Below are positions 1 to 10,000 of a stretch of DNA of 55,340 nucleotides, in pieces; within the stretch, counting starts at the first letter, position 1, and the number at the start of each line of letters is the position of its first letter. This stretch comes from Anaerolineae bacterium. Its GTDB lineage: Bacteria; Chloroflexota; Anaerolineae; Epilineales; Epilineaceae. Both the position numbers and the translations under genes were made by a program. The DNA lies in the NCBI GenBank assembly GCA_029262755.1, contig JAJCYU010000060.1:1-55340 (forward strand), in the 5' to 3' direction. A model generated the notes under the pieces. That model was not told where the DNA came from. It was given only the letters and a program-made list of their open reading frames with translations, and did not search any database.

Positions 1-2865
1 GGGCTTCAACATACCCGTGCACTCGACCTTCAGCGGACCCGCGGCCTGCGGCGGGCAGAAGCCCGGCTCGCCCCACGTGATCAGCGCGGCCTTCGCGAAG
101 TCGCAACCGAGGTTCTGGACCTCGATCCACGTCTCGCACACATCGTCCTGGCCCAAGAAGTTCAGGATGGGCAGGTGAACTTGCGGGCCCAGCTGGATGT
201 TCGGGAACACCGTCGGAGGGCAGTCGGTGATGGCACAAACCGGCTCGAGCTCAACGCTCACACCATTTGAGCCATCGCCGTTGCCGTCGAAGTTGAGGAA
301 CCCCTCGACGCACACCTCGTTGCCGGCGCGAACTCCCGCGGAGATCCGCGTCCGCACCGTGATCACGACGGTTTCGCCGGTCGGGATGGCACCGTTCCAT
401 TCGGCCGTCGAGTCACTCGTGATCGAGCAGGTACCCGAAGACGCGGTACAGCTGCGCGTGACGTGACCGCCCGTGAGGCGCAACTCCACCTCGGGACCCG
501 GCAGGTCCGGCTGAGGGGCAAGCCCGATGCTCTCAATCTCGAACGAGAAGTCGATCGTATCGCCGGCCGCAAGACACTCGCGCCCACCGTTGAGTTCCAT
601 CACCGGTAACACCAGCGCCTCGAACAGTTGTAAGACCGCGCCGCCGCAATTGATGTCCAGGTAGGCGACTTGGTAGCCGGCCGGAGTTCCGAAGGTGGGA
701 TTACCCGCGGGTACATCCGGGAAGTCGGTGCTAATGGCATAGCCGGCGATCTGGCGGCGGCCGAGGCCGACGACGTTGATATCGGCCGAGTAGTCCGAGC
801 TACTGCCGCCGAAGTACGTGCTACAGATCAGCGTTTGCAGATCCGGCGAAAGAACACTGGCCACCATGTCGTAGCAGGCGGCGAGGGTGGGCTGCACTTC
901 GCCGACCGTCGTCGGGTAGTTGTTACTACACGCGATGCCGGCGATGTAGACGTTGCCGGCCGAATCCAGCCCGATCGCCTTTCCGCCGTCCGTGCTCGTG
1001 CCGCCGAGGAGCGTAGAGACGTCGATGCCCGTTCCCGCCGGGTTGATGCGGGTGACGAAGACGTCGTAGTTGCCGCCGTTCGTGGGCTGGAATACACCGG
1101 GCGTCGTCGGGAAGTCGGTGCTCGCTGCGTAGCCGGTGGTCCACATACCGTTGGCGGGGTCGACCACGACCGTGTTGTTGTTGATCGAGTAGTGGAAGGC
1201 GCTTGTCCACGTGAAGCCCACCTGGGCATCCGTGCTCGAACCTCCGAAGGCGCCGACATAGCTCTCGGTCGTCAGCGCGCTGTTGTACTTGACGACCACC
1301 GCGTCGTAGTTGCCGAGCGTGCCCTCCGTCCAATCGGTGGGGATGCTCGTCGCCCCGAGCGTGATGCCCATCACGTAGATGTTGCCCGCTGCGTCGAAGG
1401 CCGCGCTGTAGCCGCCATCGGTCGAGGTGCCGCCGAGCCACGTGAAGTTCAGCACGCTCGTGAGCGAACTGTTCAAGCGCGCCGTGGCGAAGTCGTAGCC
1501 GCCGGGCTTGGAAGCCAAGGGCACGGCGCCGGCCGGCGCAAGGCCCGACAGGTAGTTCGTGCTCGTCGAGGCGCCGATCATGTAGATGTCGCCGTTTGCA
1601 GCGCGCGCCACGTCACCGAGGTAGTCCACGCTCGAGCCTTGCAGCTCGGCCGCGCTTACCAGTGCGGTGCCCGTCGCGTTCAGCTGCACGATAAACTGGT
1701 CGTAGGAGCCTGACGAGGCACCAAAGATGTTGGCGCCCGTCAACGTACCGAGCCCATGGAAGCCGACATACAGGTTGCCGTTCGGCGCCAGGGCGGAGTT
1801 GCCGCCGTAGTCCGAGGACGAAGAACCCACGTAGGTCGTATAGATCTGCGTCTGCTGGTTCAAGCTCATCTTGATCGCGAAGGCGTCGACGCTGGTCAGC
1901 GCCGTCTGGAACGCACCGGCGGTCGTTGGGAACGTGGACGAGAACGTGAAGCCCGTGAAATAGCGCCCTGTGCCGTCGGCGTGCATCTCGGCCGTGTAGT
2001 CCGAGCTGTTACCGCTCAGGAACGCGGAGCTGTAGAGAATCGTCGGGTCGATCGTCAACGGCAGGCTGCTGTCGAAGGAGCCGACGTTGAAGCTGACCTG
2101 CGTGCCGTCAATCTGGAAGTTGACGTCGACGCCTTTGATCTCGCCACCGTCGCGCTGCCAAGCGATCGGGGCGCGCTCGATGATGTCGCCGAGCGACGTG
2201 CGAACCAGCAATGCGCCGTCCGGGCGCACGTTCACGGAGTCCGCACCCTCGTAATCGATCACGATTAGAGATGGGTCTGCACCGGCGGCAACTTCATAGC
2301 TGATCTTCAAGGCCGCTACGCCATCTTCACTCGAACTTGCGGGCAACGCGGCGGCGAACATGTCGACGCCGGGATAAATGCCGCGATAGGCAACGTTGGA
2401 GGAAGCGCGCGCGCCGGTGGCACGGATGTCACCGACCAGCCAGTTGTAGCTACCCGGCACGACGCCGATCTGCTCGTGCGTCGCTCCATCGTTGACTCCG
2501 ACCAGATTCGCGCGCACGACGTGAAAGTCGCCGTCCGGAATGGTCGGCTCGACGTTCGGATCCGCGACCTCACCCGGTACGAGCGGCTTGTCGTTCGCAC
2601 CGTTTACGTCACCGGTGTCGGCCAACTGGTAGACAGGACCTTCGCCCGTCATCCATACGTCTAGATTGCCGTTGCGAAGCCGATAGTCCGCGTCCTCATC
2701 CCATTGCCCGACATTGGCGATGAAATGCGAAGCGGCGTCATTCGACGGAGCATGGACGTCGTCGAACGGCGATTGCGCCGTTGCGGTGCTCGTCGCAAAG
2801 GCGGCGGCGACAAGGCCCACCGCGAGTACGAAGAGACTCTTCTGCAAAGTAAGGCGACACATCAT
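1..2865 (-). CDS. Secreted SBBP-type beta-propeller repeat protein with C-terminal DUF11-like beta-sandwich (partial; C-terminus lies beyond window start)
   Basis: Absent from the ORF track because it has no stop inside the window. My minus-strand translation from ATG 2865-2863 (AAGGGAG 9 nt upstream) stays open to position 1 (955 codons, in frame with the edge). No minus-strand track ORF occupies this frame. N-terminus MMCRLTLQKSLFVLAVGLVAAAFATSTATAQ is a signal peptide. The body consists of repeats of the form LGGxSxDxGxxIxxDxxGNxYxxGxTxSxxFPTT (e.g. LLGGTSTDGGKAIGLDSAGNVYIAGIACSNNYPTT), the SBBP beta-propeller repeat signature. The last ~200 aa (CLAAGDTIDFSFEIESIG...VVITVRTRISAGV) look like a DUF11/CARDB-type sandwich. 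Plus-strand ORFs 670..1713 and 1756..2268 are its antisense shadows. Confidence 0.8.
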   Translation of the reverse strand, partial: MMCRLTLQKSLFVLAVGLVAAAFATSTATAQSPFDDVHAPSNDAASHFIANVGQWDEDADYRLRNGNLDVWMTGEGPVYQLADTGDVNGANDKPLVPGEVADPNVEPTIPDGDFHVVRANLVGVNDGATHEQIGVVPGSYNWLVGDIRATGARASSNVAYRGIYPGVDMFAAALPASSSEDGVAALKISYEVAAGADPSLIVIDYEGADSVNVRPDGALLVRTSLGDIIERAPIAWQRDGGEIKGVDVNFQIDGTQVSFNVGSFDSSLPLTIDPTILYSSAFLSGNSSDYTAEMHADGTGRYFTGFTFSSTFPTTAGAFQTALTSVDAFAIKMSLNQQTQIYTTYVGSSSSDYGGNSALAPNGNLYVGFHGLGTLTGANIFGASSGSYDQFIVQLNATGTALVSAAELQGSSVDYLGDVARAANGDIYMIGASTSTNYLSGLAPAGAVPLASKPGGYDFATARLNSSLTSVLNFTWLGGTSTDGGYSAAFDAAGNIYVMGITLGATSIPTDWTEGTLGNYDAVVVKYNSALTTESYVGAFGGSSTDAQVGFTWTSAFHYSINNNTVVVDPANGMWTTGYAASTDFPTTPGVFQPTNGGNYDVFVTRINPAGTGIDVSTLLGGTSTDGGKAIGLDSAGNVYIAGIACSNNYPTTVGEVQPTLAACYDMVASVLSPDLQTLICSTYFGGSSSDYSADINVVGLGRRQIAGYAISTDFPDVPAGNPTFGTPAGYQVAYLDINCGGAVLQLFEALVLPVMELNGGRECLAAGDTIDFSFEIESIGLAPQPDLPGPEVELRLTGGHVTRSCTASSGTCSITSDSTAEWNGAIPTGETVVITVRTRISAGVRAGNEVCVEGFLNFDGNGDGSNGVSVELEPVCAITDCPPTVFPNIQLGPQVHLPILNFLGQDDVCETWIEVQNLGCDFAKAALITWGEPGFCPPQAAGPLKVECTGMLKP

Positions 2866-3131
2866 GATGTAGATCTCCCTTATAGACCCATAAGCTTGTT
2901 AACCGTCACGCGACGAAGACACATGCCCCGTTCGCGATGGGACTCGACGGACCTTAGTCCAAGCCGAAGAGACCCCCTCCGACCGCTTCTGTCCCAAAGA
3001 GGCTACCGTTAGTAACGGGTGAGTGCTCGATAAGATACGGGTAGGAAAAACATGCTTGATCGCCGAGCAATCGCGCCCTTGTCTGCAGATCTCATAGCCG
3101 AACACGAACACCCCCCGGGCTGCCTTCGACC

Positions 3132-6100
3132 TCAGGGACGCTTCCCCGCCCAAGGCAACGCAATCCACGGCGGCTCCACGCGCACGATGATCCGCCGATC
3201 CAGACCCGCCGCTTCGGCACGGATCACGGCTTCGCCCGGCGTGTCGAAGCGCACCCTTCCGCGCGCGATGCCGTCGGTGCCCGTGTCAACGCGCAGGTCA
3301 AGCAGAAGCCCTCGCGACGAACGAAACTCCACCGGCACACCGGCGATCCCGTTGTCGAACTCGTCGCCAAGGCGGGCGAGGACGCGCAGCGCGACCCCGG
3401 TTCGCGCGATGGCGCGGTCCAGCCCGAGCGTCAGGCGTGCGGGCGGGCCGGGGACCAACGTGACGGTGACCGCCTCGCTGAGCGGACCGCTGTGCGCTTG
3501 GATGCGCGCGGCGCCGGAACGCACACCGGAGCGCAGCGTCGTCGAAATCCAACCCTGCGTTCCGGTCCGGCCCCGATCGATGCCGACAAGGCCACGGTCC
3601 GTACTGAACTCGACCACCGCGTTGTCCACCGGATTGGCGAAGCGATCCGAAAGCGTCGCGGTCAACACCGTGCGGTCTCCGCCGACCGCGAGCTCGTCGC
3701 GGCCCGCCGCCAACGTCATCGTGAGCGCGGGCCCCGGAACAAGGCGGATTCGGGCTACGTCGCCGCGGTCCTCAAGCGACAACGCACGGACGACGCCCTC
3801 GCCGGCAACGCTGCCGCTGGTGAACGTCGCCTCCGCGCGCCCGCCCCGGGTTGTCAGCAGCTCCGGGTGCACGGTGCCGCCTACCGCGGATAGGGCAACG
3901 GGTGTTCCATCGCCCGCTGGGTTGCCGAAGCGATCGAAGACCCGGATGACGAGGGAACCGGCCTGCCCTCCGACGCCGAGCGCGGACGGTGCGGCGAGCG
4001 TGACCGTATATACGGCTGCCGGCACCACCACGATACCAGCCGACGCGACGTTGTCGGCCGGAGCGGCCTCCGCCGCGGTTGGACTCCCGATACGTGCCGT
4101 GGCCGTCACCGGATTGCGACTGCCCCAGCGAAGGCTCGTGTCGACCCGCGCCCGCACCCGCACCACGCCGGTCTCTCCCTGTGCGAGCCGGGACACAGTA
4201 AAGGCGTAGGGCGGGCCGGGCCGCGCAACGAGCGGCGGGCCTTCTGTCGAGAGCGTCGGCGAGATCAATCCGGCGGGCAGCACGTCGTCGAGCACGACGC
4301 CGTACACTGCGCCGGGTCCACGATTCGCATAATGGAGCGTCCAGGTCACGAGCTCGCCGGGCACCACGACGGACTCCGGCTCCACGGACTTTGTGATGTG
4401 CAGATCCGGCGCCCGCAGGGCCACGCTGATCGTGGCACGGGCGTCGGGAAGCGGGCCTCCCTCCGGCACCGTTCGGACATGAGCCTCGATGCGCGCGACC
4501 CCCGCGATCGATCCACCACGCAGCCGCGCGCCGGCCACCCCGTCGAGCGTCGCCCCTTCGGCGACAGAGAGGGTGCCCAGGGTGCTGGCGAACGCGACCG
4601 CCACGCCGTCTTGAACGCGGTGACCCCAGGCGTCGCGCACGGTTGCCTCGAGCCCGGTTTCGTCGCGGCCATTAGCGACTAACGTGCCCTTGGTCGTCGC
4701 GAGCTCGACCCGTGCCGGGGGTCCGGCGACGAAGGGCAGCACCAACGTCGTCTCCGCGGCGCCGGGGCCGTTCCCTGCCACCGCGCGTAGCAGTGCGTCG
4801 CCGGTCACCGTCCCGCTCGTCAAGACGGCGGTCGCTCCCCCGAAGCGCGTAGCCAGCACCGTCGGCTCCACGATGCCGAGCGACGTTGTCAGCACGATCG
4901 GCGTGCCATCCCGCACCGGACGGCCTAATCGGTCGCGGACCACCAGACGGATGGACGTACGAACCCCACCCACCGGCACCGTGCCCGCAGCGGCGGTCAT
5001 GGTGACGGCGGCGGGTGGACCCGGTACGAAGGCGATTTCCGCTGCCCCGCCCACCGGGCCAAGCGCGCCCCATGCGTCCGCCGTGACGCGCCCTTGCCCC
5101 ACGCGCTCGTCCGCGCGCAGCGTCGCGTGCGCTGCGCCGCCGCGTGTGCCGACGCCCGCGGCCAAGAGATCGACCGCCGCGCGGCCTTCCAAGAGCGTGA
5201 CGGTCATGCGATGGGCGCCGCCGGCCAGGTCGCGCGCAACGATATGGTCCGCCCAACCGGCCTCCGGCGCGGTCGCGGAAAGGATGCGATCGACTTCCTG
5301 GTCTACCCGAACGCGTACGCGGCCGAACTCGCCCGGTGCTTGGCCGATGCGCACCAGCGCCGCGGTGGCCGTGAAGGGCCACGAAATCCATGCGCCCGGC
5401 TCGTCACTGCGCATCCACGCGCCGGCCGAAGGGGCGCCGAAAGCCTCGCCCTCGAAGCGACCCCATTCCCCGCCGCGCTCAACCTGAGTCCCTTCAGCCT
5501 CCACGAGTCCGCCCACCCTCGGCAGCGCACCGCCCCCGGTGAGACCGAAGGTCACGAGCGTGCCGTCCGGTACGGGTCGATCCGCGTAGTCGCGCACGGT
5601 GGCCGTCACCGCGGAGGTAGCAGCGCCGTCCGCAGGCAAGGCGGCCGGCTCTGCGGCGACGAGCACCGTGATCGGCGCGTCGATCGGCGGCTGCCAACGG
5701 ACGCGGCCGAGCGCGGGATCGTCCGCAGCGTCCACGATCCGTTCCTCGATCCCAGGACCATCCGCCACGCCCCAGACATTGTATTCGGCAGGGACGTCGG
5801 CCATCGGACCACGGGCCGGTCGCCCTGGGGCCACGACGAGCTCCACGGCAGCACCGATGTTTCCGCTAAGCACGTTGGTCGCGGTGGGAGCACCACCCAC
5901 CTGCCAGCGCGGCTGGACGGGCGCGGCTGCGCCCTCGACGATTCGCAGTCCGACGGCGTTGCCTACCAGCCTGCTCTGGACGACGCGCGCCGCTGCGAGG
6001 TCGACACCACGTACACCCGGCCCTGCCGCGCCGGTGACGACCAAGCCGCGCACCGTCACGTCTCCGCGCAGGCCCTCTACGTGCACGCCGGCGTCTCCGG

Positions 6101-7034
6101 GCGCGGTGATGCGAACGCCATCCAAGAGCACCGTCCCGCCGGCCGGCAAGCCGGGGACGCCGAGCGGACGCAGGTCGATTCCCCGATCACCGGGGCTATC
6201 GATGCGTCCGCCGCGCACCGAGAAGTTTTCGGCGCCCATGCGGCCGCGAATGGCTGCACCGCCGACGGCGAGCCACTGGTTGTCGGACCATCGTCCGCCC
6301 ACGCCGGCGATGGCGACGCCGTCCGCGCCGCCTACGAAGCGGTTGCCGACCACGCGTAGGCCGCGCGCCCAGCGCGCCCGCACGGCGGCACGGTCCGGAG
6401 CACCGGGCCCCGCCGCGCCGCCGACCCCGATGCCGGTGAAGCGATTGCCGCGCACGGTGGCGGAAACGATATCGACGGCGCCCACGGCGGGCCCCGCCCC
6501 GACCGGTCGGCCGAGCGGATCACCAGGGCGGCGACCGACGAGATCGACGGCTACCGGTGCGCTGTAGAAACGGAAGCCATCGACGAGGACACCCGGTAGA
6601 TCGGCCGCATGGGCGCGTACCGTGAGCGCCGGCATGGGGTGGGCGCCTTCCGCGGCTCGCCAGAGGGCGTGGATCGCGGGATCGTCGGGGATCGACGGAT
6701 CGACGGCGGCGGCGCCGGAGCCCGGACCGACCACGGCAACCGGCCGATCGATCGCGACAACGGACTCGGCGTAGCGTCCCGGTCGGACGTGTATCTCGTC
6801 TCCGGGCGCCATCGCGTCTACGGCGTCTTGAATGCGCCCGTAGCATGGCGCGTTGCCCCCGCAACCGGCTTCGTCGTCAACCCAGAGGCGGTTCGGCGCC
6901 TGTGCGCCCAGCGGAGGGCTCTTCGTGGCGTCCAACGCAGCGAGCGCGCACGCCACGAGCAACCCGCTTGCGGCGACCGCACCAACGGCGCTGCGAGCGC
7001 GACGACTACGGGCAGAAGCTGACCTCGGTGTCAT
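3132..7034 (-). CDS. Large secreted protein: right-handed beta-helix + multiple Big_1 (invasin-type Ig-like) domains + DUF11 repeat
   Basis: 1300-aa ORF. MTPRSASARSRRARSAVGAVAASGLLVACALAAL has a basic n-region plus hydrophobic core (signal peptide). CYGRIQDAVDAMAPGDEIHVRPGRY is followed by short rungs (VRGNRFTG, VVGNRFVGG, LVGNAVGLRI), indicating a parallel beta-helix of pectate-lyase/NosD type. Several ~90-aa units of the form ADGxxTSxVTATVRDxxxRPVxDGTxVxF are Big_1 domains. LHITKSVEPESVVVPGELVTWTLHYANRGPGAVYGVVLDDVLPAGL is a DUF11 repeat. The start overlaps the stop of the upstream gene by 29 nt. Confidence 0.85.
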   Translation of the reverse strand: MTPRSASARSRRARSAVGAVAASGLLVACALAALDATKSPPLGAQAPNRLWVDDEAGCGGNAPCYGRIQDAVDAMAPGDEIHVRPGRYAESVVAIDRPVAVVGPGSGAAAVDPSIPDDPAIHALWRAAEGAHPMPALTVRAHAADLPGVLVDGFRFYSAPVAVDLVGRRPGDPLGRPVGAGPAVGAVDIVSATVRGNRFTGIGVGGAAGPGAPDRAAVRARWARGLRVVGNRFVGGADGVAIAGVGGRWSDNQWLAVGGAAIRGRMGAENFSVRGGRIDSPGDRGIDLRPLGVPGLPAGGTVLLDGVRITAPGDAGVHVEGLRGDVTVRGLVVTGAAGPGVRGVDLAAARVVQSRLVGNAVGLRIVEGAAAPVQPRWQVGGAPTATNVLSGNIGAAVELVVAPGRPARGPMADVPAEYNVWGVADGPGIEERIVDAADDPALGRVRWQPPIDAPITVLVAAEPAALPADGAATSAVTATVRDYADRPVPDGTLVTFGLTGGGALPRVGGLVEAEGTQVERGGEWGRFEGEAFGAPSAGAWMRSDEPGAWISWPFTATAALVRIGQAPGEFGRVRVRVDQEVDRILSATAPEAGWADHIVARDLAGGAHRMTVTLLEGRAAVDLLAAGVGTRGGAAHATLRADERVGQGRVTADAWGALGPVGGAAEIAFVPGPPAAVTMTAAAGTVPVGGVRTSIRLVVRDRLGRPVRDGTPIVLTTSLGIVEPTVLATRFGGATAVLTSGTVTGDALLRAVAGNGPGAAETTLVLPFVAGPPARVELATTKGTLVANGRDETGLEATVRDAWGHRVQDGVAVAFASTLGTLSVAEGATLDGVAGARLRGGSIAGVARIEAHVRTVPEGGPLPDARATISVALRAPDLHITKSVEPESVVVPGELVTWTLHYANRGPGAVYGVVLDDVLPAGLISPTLSTEGPPLVARPGPPYAFTVSRLAQGETGVVRVRARVDTSLRWGSRNPVTATARIGSPTAAEAAPADNVASAGIVVVPAAVYTVTLAAPSALGVGGQAGSLVIRVFDRFGNPAGDGTPVALSAVGGTVHPELLTTRGGRAEATFTSGSVAGEGVVRALSLEDRGDVARIRLVPGPALTMTLAAGRDELAVGGDRTVLTATLSDRFANPVDNAVVEFSTDRGLVGIDRGRTGTQGWISTTLRSGVRSGAARIQAHSGPLSEAVTVTLVPGPPARLTLGLDRAIARTGVALRVLARLGDEFDNGIAGVPVEFRSSRGLLLDLRVDTGTDGIARGRVRFDTPGEAVIRAEAAGLDRRIIVRVEPPWIALPWAGKRP

Positions 7035-10000
7035 CGAGGAACATCCATGCCCGTCCGCCGAGCCCGTCGTTCACGACCGTCGCATAGATCCACAGGGTCT
7101 GGTTCCGATACGCGCTGACGTCGAGGTTGCGGACGCGCCGCTGCCATGCCTTGGCGTCGGAACGCTCGGCGAACACGGAGGCAAGGGGCGCGCGTTGGCC
7201 GTCGATGTTGCTGGCCGGGTCCACATCATAGACCAGCATGAGCTGCCGGTCCGCGCCGCCACCGGGTTGGGCCTCTTGGAATGTCCATGCCGAGACCTGC
7301 ATCGTCGTTGCATCGCTCGGCACCCGAACGGGCTGCCATAGCGTCGAGTATGCCAGCCGATTCGGCTCGTCGGACAGGATGCCAAGAACGAGGCTGCGCA
7401 GGCCGGAATGTGCCATGGCGCTGGTCGTGCGCGGGCTGCGCTGTCCACGGTAGGTCCAGCCCTGGTCGTTCTCGAAGCCCGGATTGATCAGCGGGCGCCT
7501 GCAACCATCCGGCGTGGGCACGGCCGTCTCGCCCGGCCGCGGCGTTGCGCTCGGCAGCGGGGTCTCCGACGGCTCGGGCGTCTCGCTTGGGACGGGCGTT
7601 TCGCTTGGGATCGGCGTCTCGGATGCTTCCGGGGTTGCGCTCGGCTCCAGCGTGTTCGTCGGCTCGGGAGACGCGGTCGGCGTCTCACTGGGCTCTGGTG
7701 TCGCGCTGGGTTCCGGCGTTTCGGTCGGCTCCGGCGTTGCGCTCGGCTCCGGAGTCGGCGTGATCGTGGCCGTGGGCGGAGTCTCGCCCGGCATGGGCGT
7801 GTTGGTCGGCTCCGGCGTCGGCGTGATCGTCGGCGTCGCGCTTGGCACCGGTGTGCTCGTGGCGGTCGGCGTCGCGCTCGGGACGAGCGTCGGCGTCGGC
7901 AGGTCCGTCGGGCGTGGCGTCGGGGTGCGGGTTGCGGTCGGCGGCACCGGTGTGTTGGTCGCCGTCGGCGTGACGGGCGTGTTCGTGGCCGTCGGCGTGA
8001 CGGGCGTCGGCGAGGCGGGCTCGCCCGTGGGCGGCGCCAGGACGTTGATACGGGCGCCGCGCACCCCGACCGGCAACGGCCGGGCTTGCGGGTCGAGCAG
8101 CATCTTGTCCTCGAAATCCACCCGGGTGACCCCGGGACCGCGCGCGCGAATCTTGAAGCGTGCGACCACGCCGGAGCCGTTCACCGCGTCGCCTTCGATC
8201 AAGGTGAAGGCGTAGGTCATGATGCCTGCAGCTTCGTCGACACGGTTCTCCGCGACGAAACGGCGGGCGGGCTCCGGGAAGTCACCGGGTTCGAGTTGTA
8301 CGCCGGGCGCCGCCGGATCGGCATCCACGATCTGGATGCGCGTCGGGTCGTAGCGCAGCATGATCTCCAGGCCGAAGAGATCTTGGACGTCGCGTATCAC
8401 GATGTCGTAGGTTGCCATTGCGCCCATTGGGAGTCGCGAAATCGCAGGCTGAATCGAAAGCTGCGCAAAGAGCGTTGCTTCCTGCGAGATGAAAGGCAGG
8501 TACAGGCGACCGACGACGTCGTTCGGATCGAGGGTCGCGCGGGGCGTCGGGGTCGCCGGCGTCGGCGTGCCCGGCGTCGGCGTCGGGACGGTCGGGGTCG
8601 GCTCGCCCGGCAGTTGTCCGAACTCGCTCGTGCTGCCGTCCGCGCCCGTCGCGGTTACGCTCAGGATTGGGCCCGCGAAGGCACGTGCCACGCGGAAGTT
8701 GCCCGCGCCGTCCGCGCGTGTCGTGAACTCGAAGGTGGCGCCCTCATCCCCGTCGTCGGAGTAGATATCGATAAGGCTGTTGGGGGTGGCCATGCCCGCG
8801 ATCAAGAAGAAGCCGGGATCGACCTCCGTGATGATCGGCGCGGGGATCGCGCTATTCGCGCCGCCCATGAGGTCGATGCCCAGGCCCATGTTGCGCGTGA
8901 TGCGGTTGCGTCGGATCGTGTTGCCGTCGGTGCCCGCTCCATTGACCTTGACGCCGGCGTCCATGTTGTACGAGATCCAATTCGCGGCCCTGCCATCCGT
9001 GCCGCCGACAAAGTTGTCGTGCGCACCATCGCTGATCAACACGCCGTTGCCGCCGTTGCCGAGCATGCCCGCTCGGTCACTGGTGAGGCCGATCGTATTG
9101 GCTTGCACGAGGGTGAAGGCCGTGCCGGAGCCCTGAACCCAGACCCCGTCGCCCACATTGCCGCTGACGACGTTGGCGCCGAACCCAAGACCGCCCACGA
9201 TCGTCCCTTGGGCTCCTGCCCCTACGACGATGCCGATGCCGTTCCCGACAGCCGCGTTACCCGCGGAATTGGTACCCACCAGGTTGGCTTGCAGGATGTT
9301 GTCGCGCGTACCGGCGCCGAGCACCGCAATACCGTTCAGGAAATTGCCGCTCACGACATTGCCCGCACCCGCGGCGCCGATCTGATTGCTCGTGGTTCCG
9401 TCCAGGAGCAGGATGCCGTAGGTCGCGTTGCCCGCGGGAGTCGAACCGTCGCGCTCGACACCAATGAAGTTGCCGAGCACGAAGCTGCGCCGTACGCGCG
9501 CACCACGCAGGACAACACCCGCGATATTGTCGGCAAGCACGAGCCCTTGGCCCGGCATGTCGCCGCCGACCGCGTTGCCCTCTGCCTCACCGCTGATCAC
9601 GACCGCGCTATCGAAAGCGCGCATCTCCAGACCGCGCAGCACGTTGCCGTTGGAATTGAGCACCAGCCCGTCAAACATCTCCATGCCGAGGCCCGCGGAC
9701 ACGATCACGCCGCGGCCCGTCGCGTCGATCAGGTCGCCGCCGGTCGAAAGCGGCGGCAGACCTGGATTCGGTTCGGAGGGCAGCATCTGCGCGGGCGGCA
9801 ACGGTGTCGGTGACGGACCCGGAGTGGGCACAGGCGGTTGCACGGAGATCGTACCCGGCGCCTTCAGCGGGAAGACGAGCGGGTCGAAGAGGATCGTGTC
9901 GCTCGAAGCCGCGCCCGGTGAGCCCACGATGTTGTTGAGTTCCTCCGCGCTCAGACCGCTCGGATCGAGATCGCCCGTCGCGAGGCGAATGGCCTCGCGC

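Noticed and set aside
7408-9813. 801-aa plus-strand ORF, with neighbours 4684..5487, 5094..6359, 5599..6567, 7484..8215 and 9428..10591, overlapping the giant minus-strand genes.
   Set aside because: The translations are Arg/Gly/Ala/Pro- or Gly/Val-rich low-complexity strings with no recognisable motifs. They are antisense or off-frame to ORFs that have clear signal peptides and domain signatures. These are typical high-GC shadow ORFs.
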